DNA of 64,000 nt from an uncultured delta proteobacterium. Lineage in GTDB: Bacteria > Desulfobacterota > Binatia > UBA9968. Of this stretch, positions 39,607 to 48,872 are shown piece by piece. Each line of letters begins with the position of its first letter. Position 1 is the first letter of the stretch. Made by a program: the position numbers and the translations under genes. The notes beneath the pieces are model-generated. The model was not told the origin of the DNA. It saw only the letters and a program-made list of their open reading frames with translations, and did no database searches. Location of the stretch: contig CAWDPO010000012.1 of assembly GCA_963804165.1 (NCBI GenBank), positions 1 through 64,000 on the forward strand, written 5' to 3'.

Positions 39607-40575
39607 CTATTGAAAAAGGGGCTGTGGCTCGCCGTAGATAAAGTCATCCATCATGACGATGTCTCGCTTTTCATCATCATCCGGCCCCGGCGCGATGTCG
39701 CCGGTTCTGATCCGCACCCGCGCGATGCGCGCGTCGTCAAACACGATGCCGAAGAAGGAAAGACTCGCATCGCCCGGAGAGGCCGGAACGAAACTGCTGA
39801 AGATCAGCCTGTCATCCACGTCGAAGTACTCCATTAACGTGCTGGCCCCACGAGGGTCGCCACGCCTCCCCCTACGCCCGATCCCATTCGGCTCATCAAC
39901 GTCGGTGAACACCGCGCCAAAGCCACGGACCGTTGCCGGCTCCGCCGGATTGGTGCCGGGCTGCAGATTGGGATTGGCGCCAGGTACGAAAAACAAAGCT
40001 TCGGTGATGTTGCTGTCTACCGGAGTGAACAGGCGCAAAGGACTGAAGGTGCTGAAGGTGGTGCCGTAGGTCGGATTGTTAAAGAGCGCCTCAAGGCCGC
40101 CTTGGGGTCCACCCGATGGGGGAGCCTGAGAAAGGCCGACTCCCGGTGTGGTGAACTGGCCCCCGCGTGTGTTTAAGAACACGTTGAACGGCGTTACGGG
40201 GGCTGTAGTGATATCCACCGGGGGGTTGCCGCCATCCCAGTTGATCTCTCGGCGACCGCTTCTGTCGAGCGGCGGTGGGTTATTGCCGTTGTTGGGATCG
40301 CCCAGAGCGGCGCGGAACGCATCGACTGTGCTCTGAATCGATTCGGCGATTGGCCCAGCCGCCTGGAATATGATCGGTGGAACCAGATCCTTGGATTTGT
40401 TCCCTTGCGCCTGTGCAGTCTGGCCAACGGGGACGATGACGGCGAGCAAGCCAAACGCGAGTACGCGATTTAAAAGTACATGCCTCTTCATGATTGCATG
40501 CTCTATCGAGCGCCATAGGCGGGGATTGTTATCATTTTCGACTTTCTCAATTTTCGTTGTAGCTATTGTTTTCAC
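39607..40575 (-). CDS. Secreted hypothetical protein (RREINWDG family); start may be 40491
   Basis: Signal-like segment, GFGAVFTDVD, VMMDDFIYGEP. Confidence 0.75.
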   Translation of the reverse strand: MKTIATTKIEKVENDNNPRLWRSIEHAIMKRHVLLNRVLAFGLLAVIVPVGQTAQAQGNKSKDLVPPIIFQAAGPIAESIQSTVDAFRAALGDPNNGNNPPPLDRSGRREINWDGGNPPVDITTAPVTPFNVFLNTRGGQFTTPGVGLSQAPPSGGPQGGLEALFNNPTYGTTFSTFSPLRLFTPVDSNITEALFFVPGANPNLQPGTNPAEPATVRGFGAVFTDVDEPNGIGRRGRRGDPRGASTLMEYFDVDDRLIFSSFVPASPGDASLSFFGIVFDDARIARVRIRTGDIAPGPDDDEKRDIVMMDDFIYGEPQPLFQ

Positions 40576-40893
40576 TTCTTCTTCCTTTTTTATTTATTTC
40601 TTATTTGTTATTTGGACATGAACGGTTGTTCTCCACGCTTCATTCGATCCTCCGCTTCGCGATGAAGTAATTTTTCTTTGGCTTACTGTAGAGGGGGTGG
40701 ATAGCTGGATGAATGATAACTATCACAATCAGCAAAAACTCATTCATAAAATTCCTCTATCTCCTAACGTAAGTCTATTTTGCGAAATCTATTTCCGTGA
40801 TTAGCAATCGCCGATTTCTCAGGGTTTCCATCCAACCCAACGACCGCTTATTCCGAGCCCACGTGAACATTGTTTTCGCCAACTGTTTCTCGT

Positions 40894-41526
40894 TTACTTG
40901 TCCCAACAGCCGGGCGAAACGATATCAGTCGAGTCGTTGGTTTCTTCGACCCAGTCCTTGCCGACGAGCGACAGGACCATGGAAGCGACTTTGTCCTCCC
41001 CAAGCGCTGCAAAGGCTTTTGCTACCGCAACCAGCCCAGATTGACTTTGCCTTTTCTCGGCGGCGACCCTAGCGCGAAGAAAAAGCGCATTAGCAGAGGA
41101 ATAAGGACCCCTTTCCCTTTCCAGCTGTTTAATCCCACAGGCGGCGGCGAGTAACCCCGCCCAATCGTCGCGCCAGACTGCGAACTTCCCCGCCTGCAAA
41201 TACAAATGCTTCGCGTAATCGAGATCGCCCTTTCCCCACGCCGCATCCGCGAGTGCAAGAATGGGCTTCCAGTCTGGAATCTCCCGCCCGCTGAAGTCGC
41301 ACTGCGTCCATGTCAAAGCCGCCAGAACCGGAAAGACCACAAGGCTTGCCCGAGAGGTGATCGACCACCACGACTTTCTGCGAAGATTCTGCCTCGAGTG
41401 AGGTTGCGCTATAGGGAGAGTTCCGCTTTCGACGGGACGGTTTTGATCGCTTAAACTCTGATCACCGGGTTCAATTTCACCAGAAGGTGAGTAAGTTGAG
41501 TGCATGGATACGTTATTCTCGTTCAA
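40894..41526 (-). CDS. Hypothetical membrane-anchored helical protein
   Basis: 210-aa ORF with one TM and an Ala-rich TPR-like region. Confidence 0.55.
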   Translation of the reverse strand: MNENNVSMHSTYSPSGEIEPGDQSLSDQNRPVESGTLPIAQPHSRQNLRRKSWWSITSRASLVVFPVLAALTWTQCDFSGREIPDWKPILALADAAWGKGDLDYAKHLYLQAGKFAVWRDDWAGLLAAACGIKQLERERGPYSSANALFLRARVAAEKRQSQSGLVAVAKAFAALGEDKVASMVLSLVGKDWVEETNDSTDIVSPGCWDK

Positions 41527-41771
41527 TGTATATCCCCCTGCGTAAGCAAACGGTTCTAACGCGTCCTGGCTATATAGGCTTGCAAATCAGATCAATGAAC
41601 AAATGGGGACGCAGCCTAGCTATCGCAGGCAGAGATATGAGTAGGGCACTTGACCTTATGAGCTGCGTCTAAAGCCAAGTATTAGGACGTGACTGTGAAG
41701 ACAGTGAAATGAGTTGCAAGAAGTCCAATTTTTGGCAAGAGTTTGGATGTAGCGTCTTGCGAATCATCAAG

Positions 41772-41977
41772 CTAGTGTCCTGTCCAGAAGGTCGCGACAT
41801 AATTCTCGCGTCATTCCGTCGGAAAATCTCCCCTTCCCTTCTTTGGCAAAGAGGGGTGAGAATCGCACGGAGAAAATTCCCCCTTTGAAAAAAGGGGGAT
41901 AAAGGGGGATTTGAGTTCAACTTCAGTGGCTGCCATCGTTTGGACTTTTTAAACGAACTTCTGAGACGCCACACTAG
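41772..41977 (+). mobile_element. ~200-bp MITE, copy 1, flanked by CTAG
   Basis: CTAG-TGTCCTGTCCAGAAG...CTTCTGAGACGCCACA-CTAG; internal CCCCCTTT..AAAGGGGG palindromes; inverted copy at 48667-48872. Confidence 0.85.
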
Positions 41978-41994
41978 ATCGCGGTAAAAAATAT

Positions 41995-43239
41995 CTACCA
42001 ACATGACCCACGCACAACTCGCCGCAGCGCCTCACAAGCATCCACTTGACGGAGTGACACCGTTTCTGGATCGTTGCCATTGACGGGGTGGCCACTGTCG
42101 ACGAGTAGGTCCCTCACCTCCCGCGGCGACAATTGTGGATTTCCTTCGAGCAGTAAAGCCACAATTCCGGAAACATGAGCTGTGGCAAAGGAACTGCCGG
42201 AGAGAAAATCGTAGGCTCCATTGGGCACTGTGGTCAGTACCTCGACGCCTGGCGCAGCCAGTGGCGTTGGATGTTTGCCCACGCGCGCACGCACGCGACC
42301 CTGTGCGTCACTGGCGATCACAGCGATGACTGTCGATAAGCTGGCGGGAAAGCTAAGCGCTGGATCTCCACGTTCCATCACGGCAGCGACTACTGTGATG
42401 CTTTGTTCGCTTACGGCTTTTACGATCAGCCGCCTAAGAAGAGGATCAGGAGGTCCGGATAAGCTGAGGTTTAGAACCCGAACCCGCTCAACAATAGCAA
42501 AGTCGATCGCCTTGGCGAGGGTCCAGCTACTACACCACGCCTCCGAGGTTCCGGGCCGACGATGCCAGCACGCTTTTACAGCTAAAAGGTCAGCATCAGG
42601 AGCGATTCCGTAGATTCCCATCCCATTGTCGGCCCGCGCCCCGATCACGCCAGCAACAGCAGTGCCGTGATGATCGGACGTAAACGTCTTTTCGCCCCCC
42701 TCCACAAAGTTAATCGTCTTGACAACTCGATCCCTGAGGTCGGGATGGTTGGTATCCACCCCAGTATCCACAACGGCTACGCGCACACCTCGACCGGTTA
42801 CCCAGGCGTGAGCTCGGTCAGCGCCGACCGCGCGCGGCCCATATTGAAGAGACGCGTAGGGATCTCCAGTGAGCGCTCCGAGACCTTGGAAAAATTGGTT
42901 CTGCTGAACTGATTCCACGCGAGAGTCAACCGTTAACTGCGCCAGCACATCATCTAGCGGACGATTTTCGCTTACCTGAAAAACAACGCATTGCACGCCG
43001 AGCGAGGTAAGCGGAAAAGCGCCGACCTGATCCAGGCCATACTCACCTGAAAGGTCTTTGGCGAGGGTTGCCCAGACGTCTGGTGTGGCTGGAGCAAGGG
43101 TGACAATCAGCTGCCGAGCCTGTAGTTGCCTGGGAAGTGCCTCAGCCTCTTCACCCATTCCTTCCTGTAAAGCGAGACCGCTACACCCGGCAGTCAACAG
43201 CGCTAGTCCAGCGAGAATAGACAATATTCGTATCATCAC
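41995..43239 (-). CDS. S8 subtilisin-like serine peptidase (lipoprotein)
   Basis: VDTG, HGTAVAG, SGSSFA; lipobox TAGC. Confidence 0.92.
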   Translation of the reverse strand: MMIRILSILAGLALLTAGCSGLALQEGMGEEAEALPRQLQARQLIVTLAPATPDVWATLAKDLSGEYGLDQVGAFPLTSLGVQCVVFQVSENRPLDDVLAQLTVDSRVESVQQNQFFQGLGALTGDPYASLQYGPRAVGADRAHAWVTGRGVRVAVVDTGVDTNHPDLRDRVVKTINFVEGGEKTFTSDHHGTAVAGVIGARADNGMGIYGIAPDADLLAVKACWHRRPGTSEAWCSSWTLAKAIDFAIVERVRVLNLSLSGPPDPLLRRLIVKAVSEQSITVVAAVMERGDPALSFPASLSTVIAVIASDAQGRVRARVGKHPTPLAAPGVEVLTTVPNGAYDFLSGSSFATAHVSGIVALLLEGNPQLSPREVRDLLVDSGHPVNGNDPETVSLRQVDACEALRRVVRGSCW

Positions 43240-43938
43240 GGCTGTTTCGCTTCCGCTAAACGCACTTTCGGATGTGACCGCAACAACGCAAGTCTCTCCT
43301 CAGTTTGCCCAGGTGCTGCGCGATCATCAGCGGCTAAAGCTACAGTGTAGACGGCCATCGGCGACGGGCCCGCCACAATCGTGGCTCCAATGCTGCTGAG
43401 CAATGTCCTGATTTCCCGCTCAGTGATATCGTCGGCAAAAACCACTTGAAGGGTCACTCCACCCGGCTCCGGGCCGCTCCCCGCGTCCGACAGTGTCTGA
43501 TAGCGTAATGAAGGAGCGACCGAAGCCTGCCATAGAGTAGCCGCGGCGAGCAGGACGATCGCCACAGTCTGCGCGGCCAGTGCCCAACGAAATAAAGACG
43601 GTGTCTCCTGAAAACCAAGCCGGATTTTTTCGATCCACTCGCGCACAAGAATCCGCCAGCGCTCCGGGGCGGCCGACGCGCTGGCACGGTCGATGCGCTC
43701 CATTAAGCGCGCAAGATGCTCCGGTGATAGCGTCCTCGCAGCCTCTTCGGAGCTGCGCACTGCGGTGGCGATGGACTGGCATCGCACGACCTCGTCCGCG
43801 CAGCTCTGACAGCTCAGAATGTGGCGAGCCACAAATTCGTGTTCGTGACCTTCCAAAGTACCGTTTACGTACCAGGGCAGGATCTCCCACACTTTTTGGT
43901 GGTCGTTCCCATCGGATGGATCACTCGGGTCTCGCATA
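43236..43938 (-). CDS. zf-HC2 anti-sigma factor
   Basis: LPWYVNGTL...HILSCQSC, TM helix; start uncertain. Confidence 0.85.
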
Positions 43939-43941
43939 TGT

Positions 43942-44520
43942 TCAGGTTCCTTCTTCTGATCCTGATCCTTTCGACTCAGCGGCGAACAGTGCAGCCAGCC
44001 GTCGGCGGGCATGGAACATTCGGGTCTTGACGGTGTTCACAGGGCACCCAACAATCTTCGCGATCTCCGCGTAGGACAGGTCGTGATAGAAGGTTAGCTC
44101 CACAACCGCTCCTTGCTCAGGAGGCAGGCTGTCAATTGCCCGCGCCACAGCGCTAGCTAACTCACGGTGGGCCCAGGCATCCTCAGGGCCACTGGACTCG
44201 ACTCCGTATGGCTCCGCCTGCGGGAGCTCGGTATCGAACTTAGCAGACCGTGCCCGCGCCTTCAGCGCCTTGTAGTGAGCAATGCCCAGGATCCAGGTTG
44301 AGAGGCGCGAGGTTCCATTAAAGCGCGACGCGGTCTGCCACACCACCATCATCACGTCGTTGAGCGCTTCCTCAACGATTTCTCGCTGGCGGATTAATTT
44401 CCACAAGTAACGGTAGACCACGGGTGAATAGCGGTGATAGAGAGTCTCGAACGCTTGGCGGTCTCGTCCGACCACGCGCCGCATAAGGTTCAGGTCGTCC
44501 TCTAAGCCGGAGGGTTGCAT
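43942..44520 (-). CDS. ECF RNA polymerase sigma factor
   Basis: AFETLY.RY, STWILGIA, SYAEIA.IVGCPVNTVKTRMFHAR; start uncertain. Confidence 0.92.
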   Translation of the reverse strand: MQPSGLEDDLNLMRRVVGRDRQAFETLYHRYSPVVYRYLWKLIRQREIVEEALNDVMMVVWQTASRFNGTSRLSTWILGIAHYKALKARARSAKFDTELPQAEPYGVESSGPEDAWAHRELASAVARAIDSLPPEQGAVVELTFYHDLSYAEIAKIVGCPVNTVKTRMFHARRRLAALFAAESKGSGSEEGT

Positions 44521-45000
44521 GGGAGCCTTTCCATGCATGAGTTGGCCCACGGTCGGGCCATTCGCTCCCGCATGCACAGCGCCCCTCAATGTAGGGTAAA
44601 CGTATTGTTCCAGCAAGTAAAAATCGTAGATGGGGCGTTATCTCATCCCATGCGATGGATATACTCTGCCCTCCTACTCACCCTCCGTCAGTTTCGATGT
44701 CTACACGTATATCCCTGGAACCGACGCCGAGGTTCTCTATCGACAGTGTTTTAATGAAACAGCTGTCCACTAATTTGTGGAGCACTTAAAAAACTCGGGG
44801 ACTAGCGCCGCTCGTGCCGGGTCGGACCAGGCTATGTTGCTGCGTTTTCAACGCTTTCATTCCAAAGGACCGTGTTTTCGGAGCTTAGAGCCTCAGTTTG
44901 ACCTGTAAAATTGGCCGCGTAAGCTTCAGCAGGCTCGCGCAGTGCGTAGGTTTCGTCTGCTTCTAGCACTTCCCGATGCATCGCTTTGATTCCAAGCTCA

Positions 45001-45175
45001 TTTCGACGTTTCGAGAATTCCCGAAACGTGGAAGTTCCATGTTATTGAATCCGGCAAACGATTGGAACAGAGCGAAGCTGTGGTACGGCTGGAACCATTG
45101 GAACGGTCTTCGTAAGCAGTGAAACGTTTGGAACGACTGGAACGCCTGGAACGGACCGCTCCCCGTGATGAACCA
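45001..45175 (+). repeat. Boundary palindrome plus TGGAAC 9-mer tract
   Basis: TTTCGACGTTTCGAGAATTCCCGAAACGTGGAAGTTCC. Confidence 0.8.
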
Positions 45176-45184
45176 AGTTAGATT

Positions 45185-45493
45185 TTAACTTCGCTTTCTT
45201 GTCCAAAGCGCTTCTAAATCTCTGGCTCCGTGGGCTAGCGCAAGAATGGCCACTCGCGAGCGGTTTGCTTTATATATCAGTCGATAACTTTGGACGAGCA
45301 GTTCGCGAATCTGGCGATCGCCGATCTCGGGAACAACACGACCGCGCGCCGACATTCGGCTCAGGCTGCGCGCATGACTGCGGATTTCACGGACAAAAGA
45401 AGCGGCGTAATACGGCGAGTCTCGGGCGATGAAGTCGGCGATGGTTTCCAGGTCTATCCAGGCACTCTCAGTCCAGACTACCTTTTTAGCCAC
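45185..45493 (-). CDS. RelE/ParE family toxin
   Basis: VVWT..A..DL..I..FIA.DSP, GRVVPE, RELLV.SYRLIY, HGAR. Confidence 0.9.
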   Translation of the reverse strand: MAKKVVWTESAWIDLETIADFIARDSPYYAASFVREIRSHARSLSRMSARGRVVPEIGDRQIRELLVQSYRLIYKANRSRVAILALAHGARDLEALWTRKRS

Positions 45494-45666
45494 TTTTGCA
45501 TCCGCTCTTCCACTTGTCGTTGGCTAACGGTTCGTCTACTTTTGACCTCAGTCAACCCTCGCTCTACCTTTTCACGTACGTAGAGATGGTATTGAATATC
45601 TTCGAGTGTGGAGTCATCGGGAAGATTCTGAATAAGCGTGAGAGCTTGCCGCTTTGCTGTTTCCAT
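45478..45666 (-). CDS. Cognate antitoxin
   Basis: LPDD.TLEDIQYHLYV.EKVERGL; overlaps the toxin start. Confidence 0.85.
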   Translation of the reverse strand: METAKRQALTLIQNLPDDSTLEDIQYHLYVREKVERGLTEVKSRRTVSQRQVEERMQKWLKR

Positions 45667-45817
45667 CGGTCACTCCTTGGACGTCATTTTGCCACTATAC
45701 CGTCACCCTCGCTGGTTTCCAACGACTCCTCACATCTTCAAACGGGTATACTGCCCACGCTGAAATCATTTCACGCGCAATTCCCAAAAATAGACTGGAA
45801 GATACGGCTACAATCGA

Positions 45818-45930
45818 CTGAACCCTGGAACGTTTGGAACAAAGCGAACCATTGGAACGACTGGAACGTGTGAAACGGTTGGAACACGCTTCGCTCTGAC
45901 TTTGAACATTGAACCTTGAACTTTGAACGA
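45818..45930 (+). repeat. TTGAAC mosaic tract
   Basis: Module identical to 29216-29283. Confidence 0.85.
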
Positions 45931-45941
45931 CCGTTTATCTG

Positions 45942-46481
45942 TCAGCGACCCACGATGTGTTTATCGGTGAGCAGCACTTGAGGCGGCCCGCCATTCGGCA
46001 GGGTCATTTCTGTGATCAATATACCGCCGTGCTTGGCATTCACTTGCGTCAATACAAACCACGTACCGTCTGGAATTTCCGAAAACGAAAACTTTCCTTG
46101 GGCGTCGCACTCAGTCCGCCTGATCATGCTTTTCAAACTGGGATAGGGTGTCTCCGGGGGTTTAGGTTCGCTTCCAGCGACGATCATGTGCCAAAACATT
46201 TCACGAAAGTAAGATGTCGCCGGCAGCAACAAAACGCGGTTCCCCGCACATGTGACGACGCTATCTCCCTGCCGCGTGAGAAAGGCTTGTCCGCTTATGC
46301 CGTTTTCGCCTGATTTCGCGTAGGGTTCATGTTCGGAGTAATCGAACTTGGTCTGCATTTGCACAAACGATGGCGCAAACTGTCGCACAGGCTCTCGACG
46401 AGCAGAGCATCCGGCATATGCGAGCGGCAAGGCGAGCACTACCGCACCCACCCTGACGATGTTTTCCCTAAAGGTTTTCAT
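45942..46481 (-). CDS. Lipoprotein with carboxypeptidase-regulatory-like beta domain
   Basis: YAGC lipobox, ISGQAFL..VTCAG..V.LLP, CDAQGKFSF..IPDG.W. Confidence 0.75.
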   Translation of the reverse strand: MKTFRENIVRVGAVVLALPLAYAGCSARREPVRQFAPSFVQMQTKFDYSEHEPYAKSGENGISGQAFLTRQGDSVVTCAGNRVLLLPATSYFREMFWHMIVAGSEPKPPETPYPSLKSMIRRTECDAQGKFSFSEIPDGTWFVLTQVNAKHGGILITEMTLPNGGPPQVLLTDKHIVGR

Positions 46482-46729
46482 TTGACCTATAGCGATGGCG
46501 CGTCAGGTCCTTTGGCCCTCAAGTGAATTACTTTTCATCACTGGGGGTGCCGGTGCCACCCTCCTAGAAGAACTATATCACCGGTGTTCTATGGCTCTAG
46601 ACGGGTAGCCGAATTTGAGTGGTTTATTACAGGATGTGTGACCGATTCAGCGCAACGAAAGGATTGAACTCAGTTTGAGGAACTTTGCGCTTGATTAGAA
46701 CCCCAAGAGACTTTTACTGGTAAGGCTCA

Positions 46730-46925
46730 TTTCGATGTTTCGAGAATTCCCGAAACGTGGAAGTCCCCCCTCCGAGTCTTAATTGTATTAAACGGTTTGA
46801 ACGGAGCGTAGCGGTTGAACGGCTTGAACCATTTGAACGGACCGGTCCGCTGATGAACGGAACGTAGTGATTGAACGTTTTGAACGACTTGAACCGGCTG
46901 CAGTATTAGATAGCGGTTGAACGGC
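46730..46925 (+). repeat. Boundary palindrome plus TTGAAC tract
   Basis: Matches 31690-31820. Confidence 0.8.
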
Positions 46926-46985
46926 TTAAGTTGATAAATCAAGAAGTTCGCTTGGTCCGACCGCGTGGACTCCCCCCTTTTATTT

Positions 46986-47609
46986 TCACCCACCCCGCTC
47001 CCTATTTCCCCGCAAGATGCCGCCTCCCATGAGCGTGCGCTCAATCTTTGCCTGATACAGCTTCATCAGTTGCGCCCCCACCCCGTCACCTTCAATAATC
47101 GCAAGGGCATGAGCTATGGCCTGTAAGGTGGCCATGCCTTCCGGTCTACTTTGAGCGCGCAGCTGAAATGTCGAGTGATTCGGCGTGCTGATCTTCACCC
47201 TCGGTAAGTCTTTTAACTCAGGATGACGGGAGTGAATTTTTCTCGCCTGTCGCCACGTGCCATCGGGAACGATGAGTTGAATAGGCGTGCGTTCCTGCAT
47301 CACCAGTGCCTGATCCAATTCCACCGCATCGTTGGTGGGATAAAACAAAAACGTCCGATACTGAGAGGATAAGAGATCTTTAAGATCGAGAGCTGCTCTT
47401 CCTTCACTTCGTATCCGCACTTCGCTATTGACCAATGCTCTTACCGCGAGCAGACCGGTGTTGCTGCTGCGCGACAGTTCTCTGTGATGAATGACCAGAC
47501 AAATCCTAGTCCTTAATTCAATTCGCGGCACCGCGTCGCACAGGCACAGAGTCCGCGACGCTGCACACATCGGACATCGCTCTATTCTTCGCTGATCAGT
47601 CAACTTCAC
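46986..47609 (-). CDS. DTW-domain tRNA-uridine aminocarboxypropyltransferase-like protein
   Basis: RC..C....LCLC, H..E....SNTG, PDGTWRQA. Confidence 0.88.
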   Translation of the reverse strand: MKLTDQRRIERCPMCAASRTLCLCDAVPRIELRTRICLVIHHRELSRSSNTGLLAVRALVNSEVRIRSEGRAALDLKDLLSSQYRTFLFYPTNDAVELDQALVMQERTPIQLIVPDGTWRQARKIHSRHPELKDLPRVKISTPNHSTFQLRAQSRPEGMATLQAIAHALAIIEGDGVGAQLMKLYQAKIERTLMGGGILRGNRERGG

Positions 47610-47754
47610 GGCTCACACAAGGGACAGCCTATTTCTCTTCCTGTTTCACCGTCGCCCACGCGCTGATTTGCGGTATTCGTACTTCGCTCATTTGGCATGC
47701 GGCTTTGACTCCTGCGCTGGCACCCTGCCCTGTTAACCGAGTCATTCCAGCTAG

Positions 47755-47961
47755 TCAACAAACGTCTCCGCGTGCGCCAGGGCGCTGAGCTTGGCGAGAA
47801 GAAAGTGAGGTGAGTTCGAGAAGAAGACCGGCGATCAGGAATGCCAGCCCAAGCACCGAAACGTTTCCACGAACAAGACTCCAAATCAAAAACAGTACGC
47901 CCGCTGCAAGGGCGCCATACGCGAGCAAATGATTCCACTCCGACCATGCCACAGTTGGCAA
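47755..47961 (-). pseudogene. Second copy of the small membrane protein, with a C-terminal deletion
   Basis: Lacks ~27 bp that include the stop codon of copy 5099-5260. Confidence 0.5.
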
Positions 47962-48157
47962 TTTATCGCAGGTCCAGTTGCTTAGAGCAACAAAAACTTC
48001 ACGAGTAATTGGTGAGTCGGGGAGATTGTCAGGCTCCTTTAACGAAAAGTCGAATAGACTTGTGAGCTCAAATGAGAGAAGTAATCACCACCTGATATAC
48101 CTCCAAGAAGGCAATCGAGGGATTTTGAAACTCGCCATCGGCATGCCTAATTTTGGA

Positions 48158-48418
48158 TTAAGCTTGGTTTATTAATTTTCCTTCAAAAAAGAGATCTATC
48201 CTGGCTGTAAATAACCCCTTTTCGCGCAAGACGGCAGGTTTGCCTCCTACCTCGAAAGCGATTTCTTTCGGGACGTCCAGCCACTGAGAATTCATCCACC
48301 TCTGTACTTCGTCTCCGTCGACCATGAGTTTGCCGGTCCAGCTGTTATTCCTGCCATAGTCAACTTCAATTCGGTGTTTCTTCCCTTCGATTTCTACTGA
48401 CCAGGTCCTATCCATCAT
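48158..48418 (-). CDS. Hypothetical small beta-rich protein
   Basis: RBS GGAG; W.VEIEGKKH.IEV...GKL.VDG. Confidence 0.65.
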   Translation of the reverse strand: MMDRTWSVEIEGKKHRIEVDYGRNNSWTGKLMVDGDEVQRWMNSQWLDVPKEIAFEVGGKPAVLREKGLFTARIDLFFEGKLINQA

Positions 48419-48592
48419 GTTTCTCCAAAATGGCTGAGCCTTCCAAAGCTGGTAGGCCGCCGTCCAAAGGTTTCATCACGCAATTCAATTCGTGAGCTTA
48501 ACGTATGCCAATGGGTAGGGATTACTGTCCAATAGTAGACAGTTGTCGAAAAATTATCGTGGGCTTTGAGCGACACGAGAAAGCAGAAACCA

Positions 48593-48670
48593 CTAGGATT
48601 GAACTGTATTCTCCTTCAAAGCACAGTCCTACGTGAGAAAAAACTGACGCGTCGTTCAGTTCAATCCTAG
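48593..48670 (+). repeat. Complete cassette-boundary site (78 bp)
   Basis: CTAGGATTGAACTG...CAGTTCAATCCTAG, perfect 14-bp inverted repeat. Confidence 0.85.
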
Positions 48671-48872
48671 TGTGGCGTCTCAGAAGTTCGTTTAAAAAGT
48701 CCAAACGATGGCAGCCTCTGAAGTTGAACTCAAATCCCCCTTTGTCCCCCTTTTTCAAAGGGGGGATTTTCTCCGTGCGATTCTCACCCCTCTTTGCCAA
48801 AGAGGGGAAGGGGAGATTTTCCGACGGAATGACGCGAGAATTATGTCGCGAACTTCTGGGACAGGACACTAG
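48667..48872 (-). mobile_element. ~200-bp MITE, copy 2
   Basis: Reverse complement of 41772-41977; CTAG on both sides. Confidence 0.85.
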
